Positions 44,258 to 57,759 of a stretch of DNA of 64,000 nucleotides are shown here, piece after piece. The position numbers and the translations under genes are program-made. This DNA is from Eledone cirrhosa (taxonomy: Eukaryota): contig OZ024748.1 of NCBI GenBank assembly GCA_964016885.1, forward strand, positions 34,968,001 to 35,032,000, read 5' to 3'. Position 1 is the stretch's first letter; each line of letters starts with the position of its first letter. Under the pieces are notes generated by a model that did no database searches, was not told where the DNA came from, and saw nothing but the letters and a program-made list of their open reading frames with translations.

Positions 44258-46495
44258 ATACCAAATGAGGAGAACAAATGGGAGAAAGACAGTCTCCCCC
44301 ACATCGACCCAATAGAGGGACCAGCAGTGTTACTCCAGGGTAGTACAATAAGCAAGGCAATCAAAGATATGAAGACGGGTAAGGCGGCTGGTCCTTTGGA
44401 AATAGTTGCTGAGATGCTGAAGGCATCTGGTTCGGTGGGACACACCATGGTCACCCGGATAGTTAACCAAGTCGTACAGAATGGGGTTGTTCCGAAGGAC
44501 TGGCGTAGCAGCATCATCGTTAACTGCTATAAGGGAAAAGGAGATGCCCTAGATAGGAGTAACTATAGAGGCATTAAATTAATCGACCAGGTCATGAAGG
44601 TCAGGGAAAAAGTAATAGCGCAACTAATCAGAGAGAGAATTGATCTAGATGAAATGCAGTTCGGGTTTGTGTCAGGCAAAAGTACCACAGACGCTCTTTT
44701 CATTGTACGACAACTACAGGAGAAGTACCTAGCTAAAAGTAAACCCCTATACTTAGCTTTCGTCGACTTGGAGAAAGCCTTCGACAGAGTCCCCCGTTCC
44801 ATTATCTGGTGGTCTCTTAGAAAACTAGGTGTTGACGAATGGCTTGTGAGAGCTATACAAGCCATGTATAAAGAAACAGTCAGTAAGGTTAGAATTAACA
44901 ACGAATATAGTGAAGAGTTTAGCGTAAAAGTTGGTGTCCATCAGGGCTCTGTTCTTAGCCCCCTACTATTTATTATTGCCCTTCAGGCTATAACAGAGGA
45001 GTTCAAGACCGGCTGCCCATGGGAACTCCTATACGCAGATGATCTAACGCTCATAGCTGAATCAATGACCGAACTAGAGAAGAAATTCCAAACATGGAAG
45101 CACGGCCTAGAATCAAAAGGCCTTAAAATTAACCTGGCTAAGACTAAAGTTCTAGTTTGTAGGAAAGAAAATATGGCGGCAGTCCCATCTGGGAAATGGC
45201 CATGCTCAGTGTGTAGGAAAGGCGTAGGTAGAAACTCCATTTTATGTCCCAAATGCAAAGTATGGGTGCATAAAAGATGTAGTGGGATCACAGGTAAGCT
45301 AACTAAGAACATAGATTTTACATGTGGCCGGTGCTCTGGTGCAATAAGTAGCAGCAAGTGCCCACAAAATACTAGCTCCTTCAACTGCGCAGAGGGTTCT
45401 ATAGAAATAGTGGACAGCTTCCGTTACCTGGGTGACAAAATCAGCAGTGGGGGAGGGTGCTCTGAAAGTACAGTAGCTAGAGTCAGAACTGGATGGAAAA
45501 AGTTCAGAGAGCTTATACCACTATTAGCCGCTAGAGGGTTCTCCCTAAAAATGAAAGGCAGGTTATACGATGCCTGCATACGAACAGCAATGCTGCATGG
45601 CAGTGAGACCTGGGCATTGTGTGCAGAGGATATACGCAGACTAGAGAGGAACGAAGCTTGCATGCTCCGCTGGATGTGCAATAGTAATATACGTGAACGG
45701 CAAAGCATAAACGAACTAAGGAAAAAATTAGAAATAAGAGGGATCAGATGTTGTTTACTCGAGAGAAGGCTACGTTGGTATGGTCACGTGATGCGCATGA
45801 AAGACGACAGCTGTATAACAAAGTGCAGGGCAATAAAGATAGACGGTAGCCACGGAGTAGGCAGACCCAGAAAAACATGGGACGAGCTGATAAATTCCGA
45901 CCTCACACGCTTACACCTCTCCAAGACAATGTCACTGGACCGAGACCTTTGGCGGTACTCAGTAATAGAGAAGACCCGCCTTACCTAAATACAAAGTAAA
46001 AACCTACTACAGTCAGTAGGCATCTCTATCAAAACACCCCCCCGTCCCACCACCTCCACCCCATCCACACCGCCCCTTTCAATGTACAGTTATGTTGGTC
46101 CCACAACATCCAGGCCGAAACAAATGAGATCGTGTAGGTGTCACGACAAAAAAACACACAGTCCACGCTGTAAATGTGGCCGTGTAGGCAACACGGTAAA
46201 AACCTCCCAGCCCCACACTGTAAATGTGGTTGGTGTTAGGAAGGGCATCCAGCTGTAGAAAACCCGCCAGACAGTCCACGCTGTAATGTGGCCGTGTAGG
46301 CAACACGGTAAAAACCTCCCAGCCCCACACTGTAAATGTGGTTGGTGTTAGGAAGGGCATCCAACTGTAGAAAACCCGCCAGACAGTCCTATGCGAGCAA
46401 GACAACCACTCTTGCCTCAAGTGGGAAAACCCCCGTCCAAACCCATGCAAGCGTGGAACACGGATGCTAAACCTGATGATGATGATGATGATGAT
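44258..46495 (+). mobile_element. 5'-truncated RTE LINE (family A) with uninterrupted 553-aa RT ORF (44327-45988)
   Basis: NYRGIKL, QFGF, FVDLEKAFD, GVHQGSVLSP and LYADDL motifs, PHD-like finger, (GAT)n tail. The 3'UTR carries a ~120-nt duplication. Confidence 0.95.
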
Positions 46496-46502
46496 GTATA
46501 TA

Positions 46503-46968
46503 TCATCATCATCATCATCATCACCGTTTTACGTCCGTTCTTCCACGCTAGCATGGGTTAGACGGGTTGTCCTGTTGTGGGCAGTGTCTGGTCGGCTGAC
46601 CATGCCTTGCTCATACAGGAACTGATCTGGCTTGATTTCTACAGCTGGATGCCCTTCCTAACACCAACCTCATTTACAGTGAGTGCTGGGTGCTTTTTCG
46701 TGGCGCCTACACGTCCACTTTACAGTGTGGGCTGGGTGCTTTTTTGCCGTGGCACCTCCACGGCCACCTTGCGGTGGGGGGGGGGGGCATATTGTTTATA
46801 TGCTTCAGCATGTACCCATGGGAGGTCGGGTACCCTGTATTACTGCGTGACGCCAGAAGTCACGGTCGTGTGTCATTGACTTTGAGAGGTGTAGTTGGGT
46901 AAGGTCGGCTTTTATCACCTCATCCCAAGTCATCTTGGGTCTCCCCACTCCGCGGTTTCCATCAACTT
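46503..46968 (-). mobile_element. RTE LINE 3' fragment (family C), tail-to-tail with the preceding copy
   Basis: EVDGNRGVGRPKMTWDEVI..DRDFWR; the 3'UTR is shared with the SINE body; (GAT)n tail. Confidence 0.82.
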
Positions 46969-47656
46969 CTATATATATATACATACACATACATACGTCT
47001 AGACATCCATACATACGTCTATACATCCATACATATATATACATACGAGGTGTGTGAGGGGAGGGGGTATGTTTAGAAATGCTGACAGTTGCCTGGACAT
47101 CACATCAGAAATCTGTTTTGGCACAAATAAACTATATTTGATGAGATATCAAGAAAGAGTCGGGGGAGGGGGGCCTGGTCAATAAGATTCTACTCTAAGC
47201 TGATTGATATTGAAACAGTTGTAATATGCTAATTACATATATATAATTAGATGACGAAGGACCGTGACAAGTGGAGAGATGCTGTGCTGAATAGGACCCG
47301 TCCTACCCTTGCAAGCAGGGAAAAGTGGACATAAAATGATGATATAACTGTACTCTAAGATGCATGCACTGAATGCTATGTTGTGGAATAGAACCCCAAA
47401 CTACATGGTTATCAAACAAACTACTAACTCACACAGTCATGCCTGCAGCTCAATGTTAATATATTAGAGTGACCTTTAATTATATTGCTCATTATAAGAA
47501 TATAGGCAATACTTTCACTGTAGTGTCTTAATGAGGTTTTTTAGTGAAGTACAGCTTGTAATATTTCTAATGAGAATGATGTCTTATATATATATATATA
47601 TATAATTGTATGTATGTGTGTCAACACTTTCTTTAAATAGAATACCTCCTTATGTG

Positions 47657-47713
<57 letters not shown>

Positions 47714-47719
<6 letters not shown>

Positions 47720-49430
47720 ATACTTTGGGAGGGTCATGTTGCCAATAAGAAACACACGTACCAGTTGCTTTCACTTCAATTTATTATAATAAATTTATAA
47801 ATTTAAGAATTTATAAATTTCCGGTTGGTTGGTTGGTTCCACAACCAGATGGTTGTTTATATATTGTCAAAGTTCTTTCGTCACACATTCTGTGACCTCT
47901 TCAGTGACTGGGGATTCTTTTCTTTGTTTTTGTGCCTCTCCTTTGTTCTGTCCTACGCCATCTTGTTTCTGTGTGTGTGCTGTGTGCTCAGTCTGCGCAT
48001 GTGCCACATCCGGGTGTCTGTGTGTGTTTATATTTGTTTATCTATTTGTTTATTTACATGTTACTGGTTGGTTGTTTGTTCTATGTGCGTGTGTGTTTTC
48101 ATTCTGTCCTTAATTGTAAGTTGTGATGTTGCTGTTCCACTCATGTTTTCTATTTAATTTTGGTTGGAGTTCATTTATGTTTATTGCCTCTGTGATTTGT
48201 CTAAACATTGCGTCTTTTCTGTGTGTAGATTCTATTTTTATTTCTGTTCTCTAATTTACCCTTATGTTTTATTTTAGCATGTTGGTAGAGTACAGATGAT
48301 TCTTTACTATCTTGAAGGTCTCGCCAGTGTTCATTTATCCGTTCCCCTATACTACGAGCTGTCTCACCTATGTACACTATATTTTTATCTCTACATTGTC
48401 CTTCGGTATATCTTATGCAATATACTACATTTCTAGTTTTACAGTTAATATGGGGGCTTAATTTACAGATTATACATTTTTTATCTATACAGGGAGGTCT
48501 TTGAAAAGGGTATGTCTTACTAATAAGTGTTTTTATGGAGGTACCTGGTCTTTCTACTATCTTAATATTGAGTTTATGTTTATCTAGGGCCCTTCTAAAT
48601 TTGTAAGCTAATTCACCTCTAGGGGTTGTATCGATGAACATTACACTCTGGTATTAATTGCTATCATATCATGAGTTTATTCTATTAGCCTTATTCCTAG
48701 TTCTTTCTATTCTATTCCAAAATTTGCTCCTATACAAGGGGCAGGTCCCATTTGTGTCATTATTTACCATTTTTTCCCATTTGGTTCTGGCTCCTCTATA
48801 TACTCTGATTTTATCTCTCTGATTGTAACCAGAGAACTGCATACGGTGGATGAAGTGTTGTATGTGTCTCTCTAGTTCTTTGGGGTTGCACATGCGGGAC
48901 ACGTTTCTCATCACCCGTACCAAATCCGCAATCAGTATGTTGATTTTGGTATGGTCCGAAACAGCTGAGTTTCAGTGGATCAGATATTTGGAAGTCATGG
49001 GTTTGGCATAATGGGAATGGAGGATTTGTTTTTTGTTATTAATGGTATCTAACCAGAGCTCTGTGTCTAGTACGGGTAATCGATGGTTGGGGTGTTTGCT
49101 TGGGTAGTCTATAGTAACTCTAATACTCTGGTGGATGGAGTTAGCTATTTGCTTGGGTAGTCTATAGTAACTCTAATACTCTGGTGGATGGAGTTAGCTA
49201 TTTGCTGGATGCTTTCCATTGTTTTTCTCTAATTGCTGACTGTTCTCTAGTGGGGGTGTTTTAACTACGATGTTTATATCATCAACGTAGCGGGAGTACA
49301 TTATCAGGGTTAAGGGGTCTTCTAATTGTTCTTTAAGTTTAAGTCTACTGTCCCACCATACCATGAATAGGTTAGCTATGTTGCCTGCAATGCTAACACC
49401 AATGGCTGCTCCCTCCTCTACCCACCGCCA
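47714..49430 (-). mobile_element. Penelope-like element relic (second clade; Nematis/Neptune-like): RT C-half, Cys linker, GIY-YIG, 3' pseudo-LTR
   Basis: GAAIGVSIAGNIANLFMVWWD, YSRYVDD, MQFSGY, CIDKKCIIC..NCKTRNVVY..YIGETARSIGERINEH. The terminus matches 59120-59370. Confidence 0.85.
47866..47909 (-). ncRNA. Minimal type I hammerhead ribozyme motif
   Basis: gtca-CTGAAGA-ggtcaca-gaatg-tgtgac-GAAA-gaac-TT-tgac. Confidence 0.72.
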
Positions 49431-49539
49431 CGTTTGGCCCACTGTGCCTCTCCTCCAGGACGTAATGGCCCTTTTGTGTCCTTGAGTTTGAGACCCCTCT
49501 TCTACACACACACACACATATATACTTTACTTTTTTTCT

Positions 49540-49765
49540 GTCTCTGGACTACGCCCATGCTGGGGCATCACCTTGGTAAGTTATGGGGACGTCAACAAAC
49601 CAAACAAGCATTGGTGGGCAAACACAAACGCAAAGACACACACAGACATATAAACAAGGGGCTTTTAGTTTCGTTCTATCAAATCCACTCACAGGACTTT
49701 GGTCGGCCCAGGCAGTGGGACTGAACCCGGAAATATGTGGTTGGGAAGCAAGATTCTTGTCACAC
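49540..49765 (-). mobile_element. tRNA-derived SINE fragment of a third family (cephalopod-like)
   Basis: gcttcccaaccac...ccgggttcagtcccactgc...gccgaccaaag..gtgagtggattt. Diverged copies at ~42590-42745 and 52600-52760. Confidence 0.7.
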
Positions 49766-50128
49766 GTATATATATATATATATATATATATATAATGATG
49801 ATCGATTCCAACCGTGACCATCCCCACTGAAAGTTTCGTGAAATAGTTTTTAAGACTATACAGAGCATTTGTAGTTTTTCCAAATTGAAGGATGAGTATT
49901 TTAAACTTTATTTTATTCTGAGTTAAGGCTCTATTGATTTTTCCCTGGATTTCACCAAATTCTGTGGATGAATCTATATCCTGATTCTTTTTGAATTGAG
50001 TTTGAATTATTTTCCCACATCTTACGTTAACTATTTTTCCATTTTGACGCTATAGTCACTTATATATTATGAAATACTATATATTATGAAATACTGTTGG
50101 CTTCTTGCTACAAAATAATTTCTATACT

Positions 50129-50210
<82 letters not shown>

Positions 50211-50395
50211 TGTTTACTTGTCTCACCCGCTTTACGCGATTTACTTGTCCCAATAGCTTTTTTTAGTTATTGCTCGCACCAACCTGAGGTATATGATTTT
50301 TAATGCGATGAAATATGGTTGGCAAATCACTGACCAGGGACTAATTTTTTCATATGTAACCCATGTGCAACCACGCAGTATTCTTCTTTCTTCTC

Positions 50396-50452
<57 letters not shown>

Positions 50453-50454
<2 letters not shown>

Positions 50455-50793
50455 AGGCACATGGGTTAGTGGTTAGAGCATTGGCCTTGCAATCGAAAGG
50501 TTGTGAGTTCAATTCTCAGACCGGGTGATGTGTTGTTTCCTTGAGCAAGACACTTTATTTCACATTGCTCCAGTTTACTCAGCTGTAGAAATGAGATGAT
50601 AGGGACTGGGGTCCATATCACTCCACTGCAAAGTGGTCGTGGAGGTGCCACGGCAAAAAAGCACCCAGCACTCACTGTAAATGAGGTTGGTGTTAGGAAG
50701 GGCATTCAACTGTAGAAATCAAGCCAGAATCAGTTCCTGTCCCACCCTTGCAAGCAGAGAAAAGTGGAAAAGTGAAATGATGATGATGATGAT
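50453..50793 (+). mobile_element. Full-length CORE-type SINE (tRNA head, CORE, RTE tail)
   Basis: A box tgggttagtgg, B box gagttcaattc, CORE-like segment, (TGA)n tail. Confidence 0.9.
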
Positions 50794-51184
50794 ATATATA
50801 GGTTGGATGGTCTTTATTCTCTCTCATCCACGATTTCACAGAACTTAAGTTCATCGATTTCAGGGACTTGACTCCTTCTTCCTCCCGTTTGACCTGTGCA
50901 AAATTCTTTCCTTACTCACATTTCGACCAGGTTGGATGGTCTTTATTCTCTCTCGTCCACGATTTCACAGAACTTATGTTCATCGATTTCAGGGACTTGT
51001 CTCCTTCTTCCTCACTTTTCGTTGCATTATCATCTTTGTTTGTTTACTGTCTCGCTCGTTCCCCCTATTTATGTGTCCCAACGACTTTCTTTACCCGTTG
51101 CTCGCACAAACCAGAGGTATATGGTCTTTAAAGCGATGAAATACCAATGAAGGCTGGAAGATCACTGATGAAGGACTAAATTTA

Positions 51185-51219
<35 letters not shown>

Positions 51220-51453
51220 CTACATACATACATATATACATACATACATTTACGTATGTATATAGCTATGCATTTATACATTTGTATATATACATGCATT
51301 CATATTTAAGTGTGTAAGGATGTTGACATGATTTATGTTTATTTTTGTAAAGAGAAAATTTTATCTCCAGATGTTATTACCTAGGGTGATTAAATACCAC
51401 AGCTCTGGCTGAAAGCTGACCAGGTTCTCAACCTCATCAAACACTAACGCAGG

Positions 51454-51504
<51 letters not shown>

Positions 51505-51869
51505 TATGTACGTATGCATGTGTGTATGTATATGTATACACCCACGTTTTTCATCACCATTGCTTCTTTTTGTTGTCATTTCTGTTGAAGTTGTTCTTGT
51601 AACTGTTGTCATAGTTGACATCGTTATGTTCATTTTCTTTGATTTCTTTTATTTTTCTTTTATCTCCCTAGGGAATTCGTTGACAAGTTTCTTTTATTAT
51701 TTTCTTCGTTTTCTTCATTCAAATGCATTCACACTGGCTGTCTAAGAGACATACAAATATGACTTATAAAACTTACCAAACTAAAGGGGCTTCCAGCGCC
51801 CAGCTTCACCCCCCCCCCCCCCCCCCCCCTTGAGAACCTTTGCTCTAAGCCATAACAGAGGAGTTTAAG

Positions 51870-52110
51870 ACTGGCTGACCTATTCTTCATAGCTGAATCT
51901 ATGACAGAATTAGAGAAGAAATTCCAGACATGGAAGCAAAACTTAAAATTGAAAGGCTTCAGAGTCAATGTGGCAAAGACTAAAGTCCTAGTAAATACAC
52001 AACAAAATAAAGCTCTGATTCCTTCAGTGAAATGACCATGCTCACTATGCAAGAAAGGACCATGTAGAAATTCCATTCTACATACAAAATGTAAGCTCTT
52101 GGGTGTATAT
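51870..52110 (+). mobile_element. Old internal RTE RT fragment
   Basis: IAESMTELEKKFQTWKQNL..KVLV, similar to 45050-45290 but with stops. Confidence 0.75.
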
Positions 52111-53994
52111 GGGATGGTAGATAAGCTAACAAACCAACTAACCCTTCTATATATGTAAGCTATAGGGTAGATAAGGGATGGTAGGCAAGCTAGCAAATTA
52201 ACTAACCCTTCCCTTCAAATTTTTGCTCCTGTGTCTAGTTAAAAAATATTTTATTATTATTTCTGATTTTACTTTGTGCTCTTATTCTGTTTTTTCACTT
52301 AAGTGACAAAGTATTTTTAAAGTACTTAGCTAGTTCTTCACCAAAATCCAATCTTTACTAGTGACACATACTGTAGTACCATCTACAGTATCTCTTATAC
52401 ATCTCTTAGACTTTCAAGTGTGTGTTGTTGAACAACTTGCCAGTAATTCTCTTCTACACTAAAGTTTTATTATCCATCTATTTATCAGTCACCAAAGGTG
52501 ATTATTTGACAAACTGTCATTACCTCCTTTCTGTTTCGTCACACTTACCCAGGCCATTGTTTAGGTCACAATTTTTCCCATGAATTATCACAACTATCAT
52601 GGTCACAGCATAGTTATGATATTACTTCCCAGCTATAAGGTTCTCGGTTCAATCCTATATGACATCTTAGGTTAGTGTATTTTTACCACAGCCTCAGGTC
52701 AACCAAAGCCTTGTGAGTGAAATTGGGAAGATGAAAGCTGTTTGGAAGTCTGTCTGATAAACAACTATACCTGTAATTCCAAGAGCCAGCCTTGTCACAT
52801 ATTGTTATTTTGAATCTCCCTGAGGGTTATGTTAACAACTCATGTGTCTGTGGAATACTCAACTACTTACACTTTAATTCATAAATTTGATGTTTAGTTG
52901 ATTGAACAAGAGTGTTGATTGTTCAAACCAATTGGACTCTGGCCATACTGGGGCACAACTATTGTATAGTTCTGGCCATACTGGAGCATAACCCCTAGGG
53001 TATAGTACTGGCTATACTGGAGCACATCTAGGGTGTAGCAGATTATGTTGAATCCACTACTTAAAATAATATTATTTGCACGATTTCTGAAATATGTTTT
53101 CAAACGTTATTGTCTTCCAAAAATGTCAGAATTATTTTATAAAAGTCAGGAAGGGAGGAGGTTGGAGACAGAAGAGAAGGAGAAGAGGGGGTGTCTAATT
53201 CTTTGACTAAAAGAAATTTTCTTTGAAAAGAAATATCTTTTTGAAGTTCAGTTATCCTCATTCATTTCCTCACCACCACCTCCATCATCATCTCTGCCTC
53301 TACCACCACCATCATCATCATTATTATTATCATCATCATCATCTCCACCCCCTCTGCCTTCATCTTCGTCACCACCACCACTATCATCATCATCATCATC
53401 AGCATCATCACCACCACCTCCACCAACATTCTCATCTCTGCCACCACCATCATCATCATCACCATCCTTTAAAACCTCCATGCTTCCCGAGATTCGCCAA
53501 CACTACACCTAATGTTCCCCCTCCATACACATACACACATGTATATCATGACTCACACACTATTCACTTCCCTGACATTTGTATATTATTCTATGTACTA
53601 TACATACACCTTTGACGAGTTGTAGTGCACCTGAGCACTTTACACAATAATTTCATTATTATTATTAATATTGTACCAAGCTTCCCATTTTTTTCTCTTA
53701 TTTTTAGATAATAGAATTTCACTTTGAATACCCCCCACCCCCACCACAAAAACCACCTAAAATATTAAAACAATTATATAAAAGATAAGATTAATACCCA
53801 GCTTCTCTTTCTATAAAGCTATGTTTTTAATATATATTTGTTTATAAAATAATCATCTTAATAAAAAGTGGTTTAAGAAAAACACTTCAGAAATATTTTC
53901 TTTGAGAGTTTCACAAAAAAAACAGAACGTTTCATTTACTAAAACACATTATTTGTAATGTTGGTGGTGGTGGTGTAGTTGGGGGGGGGGGGGG

Positions 53995-54540
53995 GTCTGG
54001 TGGTGTAGTAGTACTATGTTGTCTGTGGTGGTGGTGTAGTAGTACTATGTTGTCTGTGGTGGTGGTGGTGTAGTAGTACTATGTTGTCTGTGGTGGTGGT
54101 AGTAGTACTATGTTGTCTGTGGTAGTGGTGGTAGTAGTACTATGTTGTCTGTGGTAGTGGTGGTAGTAGTACTATGTTGTTGTCTGGTGGTAGTGGTGGT
54201 AGTGGTACTATGTTGTTGTCTGGTGGTAGTGGTGGTAGTGGTACTATGTTGTTGTCTGATGGTAGTGGTGGTAGTAGTACTATGTTGTTGTCTGATGGTA
54301 GTGGTGGTAGTAGTACTATGTTGTTGTCTAGTGGTGGTAGTAGTACTATGTTGTTGTCTGTGGTAGTGGTGGTAGTGGTACTATGTTGTTGTCTGGTGGT
54401 AGTGGTGGTAGTGGTACTATGTTGTTGTCTGATGGTAGTGGTGGTAGTAGTACTATGTTGTTGTCTAGTGGTGGTAGTAGTACTATGTTGTTGTCTGTGG
54501 TAGTGGTGGTAGTAGTACTATGTTGTTGTCTGGTGGTAGT
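53995..54540. repeat. ~30-36-bp GT-rich minisatellite
   Basis: (gtggtagtggtggtagtagtactatgttgttgtct)n. Confidence 0.93.
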
Positions 54541-54557
54541 GTGTGTGTCTATCATTA

Positions 54558-54750
54558 GGGTGGTGGATTGGCAGTATCGGTAGAGGGTCGGACACCATGC
54601 TTTGACGCATAGTTACGGCCCTTGCCATTCTGAGTTCAAATCCCACCGAGGTTAACTTTGCCTTTCATCCTTACGGGGGTCGATAAAATAAAGTACCAGT
54701 AATGCACTGGGATAATTGCTGACCTTGTGCCAATAGTAGAAACAATTATT
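54558..54750 (+). mobile_element. tRNA-derived SINE with Deu/Nin-like domain
   Basis: Same family as 27851-28036. Confidence 0.83.
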
Positions 54751-55457
54751 TTAGTCCTACTTCAGTATTAATATTTAGAATAAATCTTTGACTTTTTGAG
54801 TTTAGAGCAGAAGATACTAAAACATCCTCTCTCTCTCTTTCTCTCTCTCTCTCCTTCCCTCCCCTCTCCTCTATAATAACAATGTTTACTAAATAGTAAA
54901 CTACTCTTTAAATTGACTTAAGAAAGTTTAACTGCCAAGTACTTAACATACATTCTAATTAATTAATTACACCACTCATTAACCCAATTCTGCATTGCTC
55001 AGTTGATCTTCTGTAAACCAATCTTTTAGATTCTTACATCCACAGATCCAGCCATGACCATCATTATTGAGGATTTTCAAAATAATTTTGAAATTATTTG
55101 TAGACATTTGTTTTTCATCATCATCATCATCATCATCATTTAATGTCTATTTTCCAGGCTAGCATGGGTTAGACGGCTTGTCCCATTAGAGGCAAGTTGG
55201 ATCAGGTGACCGTGTCTTGCTCATATAGGACTGTTTGGTAACAAAAGTGTTAGGAAATGGTAGAATCATCAGAATATAAGGTGAAAGGCTTTGTGGTATC
55301 AGCTCTCTCAGCTCTGTTCAAATCCTACCTATGTTAATTTTAGCCTTTCATCTCCTGAGGGTGATTTTAAAAAGTACCAGTCATGTATTGGGTGGGGGTC
55401 AATTCTCTCTCTCTCTCTCACTCTCTCTCTCCAGCTGTGTTCAAACCTAGAGAGGGG

Positions 55458-55850
55458 ATAAAAGGGGTTAGACTTTTAGGTCCATACATACAATAAAAAA
55501 GGATTAGACTATATTGGGTCCATACATACAATAAAAAAGGGTTAGACTATATTGGGTCCATACATACAATAAAAGGGGTTAGACTGTGTTATGTCCATAC
55601 ATACAATAAAAGGGGTTAGACTGTTAGGTCCATACATACAATAAAAGGGGTTAGACTGTGTTAGGTCCATACGTACAATAAAAAAGGGTTAGACTATATT
55701 GGGTCCATACATACAATAAAAAAGGGTTAGACTATATTGGGTCCATACATACAATAAAAGGGGTTAGACTGTGTTAGGTCCATACATACAATAAAAGGGG
55801 TTAGACTGTGTTAGGTCCATACATACAATAAACGGGGTTAGACTGTGTTA
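55458..55850. repeat. 38-40-bp minisatellite (~10 copies)
   Basis: (aaaaggggttagactgtgttaggtccatacatacaat)n. Confidence 0.95.
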
Positions 55851-55912
55851 TACATCTAATATATAATGTCACTAAAATATTTGATTGTATTTCTTTGTGT
55901 TTTCTATTTCAG

Positions 55913-56080
55913 TTGGTAGCATTCATTCTGATTGGAGTAGCGGCTTATGGAAGAGCATCTGCTGTGGTTACCAGCTTGACATTGGTTGGTAGTATCATAG
56001 CATGTGGTGTCTTCCTGCTTCTCATTGCTATTATTGGATTTATCGGAGCTCTACGACATCACCAAGTCCTGCTTTTTTTT
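55913..56080 (+). CDS. TSPAN13/31: Internal coding exon (168 nt, phase 0/0) of a tetraspanin-13/31-like gene
   Basis: LVAFILIGVAAYGRASAVVTSLTLVGSIIACGVFLLLIAIIGFIGALRHHQVLLFF contains the HHQVLLFF signature. Polypyrimidine tract plus ttcAG acceptor; GT donor at 56081. Confidence 0.9.
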
Positions 56081-56090
56081 GTATCCTTTC
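56081..56090 (+). promoter_or_regulatory. U12-type (minor spliceosome) 5' splice site
   Basis: GTATCCTTTC matches the RTATCCTTT consensus exactly. Confidence 0.85.
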
Positions 56091-56690
56091 ATTTAATATA
56101 TGTCTCTCATACACACACACTTACAAACGCATCTATACATACATATATACATATACATACATACATACACTTACATATACAAATACATATATATATACAT
56201 CGATGCATGTTCCAAATTGATAATTATATGTGAGACCAATTATGCCGACCTGACAAGGATGCTGGAGAGATTACACCTCATTGATACACACCCGGGTCTC
56301 TTCCTCCTGGGGAACTGCTTCACTCTCCACAAATTCCTCTTCATGTAGTGTTCCTTTTAATGGTGGTTTTTATTTTTGTATAAACATCTTTGAAAAATAT
56401 AAAACAAAAAAACCTATGAAACTAGAGTTTGATAAATTCATTATAGGCAGTAGGTTTCGTTAGAAATATGATGAAACAGTTAATGACGTAGGAGCGAAAT
56501 TTGTTGAAGTTTAATGGTTTACTGGATATTGTTTTATTGTTTTTGTTGGTGTGAGGAGAAGAGGAAGTACACATGACCTTCTGAAACCCTTTTTCCTGAC
56601 TTGAATGGCTAGGATAACATTATAGTGGTGGTGGTGAGATAAATATTTCAGTTAAGTTGCTGTCACAAATTCTACAAGTTTATATATATA

Positions 56691-57006
56691 TCATCATCAT
56701 CATTTTACGTCCGCTTTTCCCTGCTTGCAAGGGTGGGATGGGAACTGATTCTGGCTTGATTTCTACAGCTGGATGCCCATCCTAACACCAACCTCATTTA
56801 CAGTGAGTGCTGGGTGCTTTTTTTCCATGGCGCCTACACGTCCACTTTACAGTGTGGGCTGGGTGCGTTTTTTGCCGTGGCACCTCCACGACCACTTTGC
56901 AGTGGAATGATAGGAACCCAGTCCTATCATCTCATTTCTACAGCTGAGTAAACTGGAGCAATGTGAAATAAAGTGTCTTGCTCAAGGAAACAACACATCA
57001 CCCGGT
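56691..57006 (-). mobile_element. CORE-type SINE, 5'-truncated
   Basis: Reverse-complement match to 50520-50793 with one extra internal repeat unit. Confidence 0.87.
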
Positions 57007-57759
57007 TTATATATATATATATATAGTATATGTTGGTTGTTTACCGACACCTCAGTATGCAGATTGGAGCACTCGACGAAGTGCACAGGTTGGTTTGGTG
57101 ACTCCGGATTAATGTAAAATAAAATAATTAAGCCAAATATTTAAAACAGATGAAGAAATAAGATAAAGTAAAATGGATAAATAAAAGAATTTAAGGCAAT
57201 AAAATGAAGAAAATAAAAAAATAAATAAACAAAAAAATAATAAAAAGAATAAGATAATAAAAGAATAAAATAAAATGCGTGTGTGTTATAGCCAATCTCA
57301 AAGTTTGGAAGATATTGACTGAAGTAGAAAGGCTGTGTCAGAATCAAGAAGTGCAAAGGATCACAATCTTTACACTATCATGGTGTGGTGCATTTTAAGA
57401 GCAAATGAGAAAACGGTGGAGTGTAAAACACCAGAACCCGAGTGTTAAAATCCGGAAATGCAGAGGACTACAGTTCCTATTTCGGCATAGAGTACATATG
57501 CGTGTATGTCAACTCACATCGTTCCAAGCACACACGCACAAGCACAGGCCCAGGTGCATCCCCTATGCCCACACTCATGCACACACACACACACATGTAA
57601 GTATCTGTGCATGTACAATCTTAAATAACAGTATCTATGTATGGACATATGCATAAGTATGTGTTGTCACAGGAGTCGATCGAGGCAGGGGCATGGGTGG
57701 TGATTGTGCAGGGGGTGGTTTACCGTGGGCTCGGTGTGGTAGGGCTGCTGTCCTTATAG

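Noticed and set aside
36482-45708. Recurrent antisense ORFs over RTE copies (e.g. 36482-36895, 44983-45384)
   Set aside because: They are shadows of the RT frame that recur only because the element is repeated.
50453-50525. tRNA gene
   Set aside because: It is the tRNA-derived head of a multi-copy SINE with no intact cloverleaf.
55458-55850. Telomere-like GGGTTAG in the 39-bp repeat
   Set aside because: Only single motifs per unit; there is no (TTAGGG)n array.
56591-56612. Possible U12 branch point and acceptor (ttttcctgac...ag)
   Set aside because: Imperfect match to TTCCTTRAC, and the downstream sequence does not encode the expected tetraspanin continuation.
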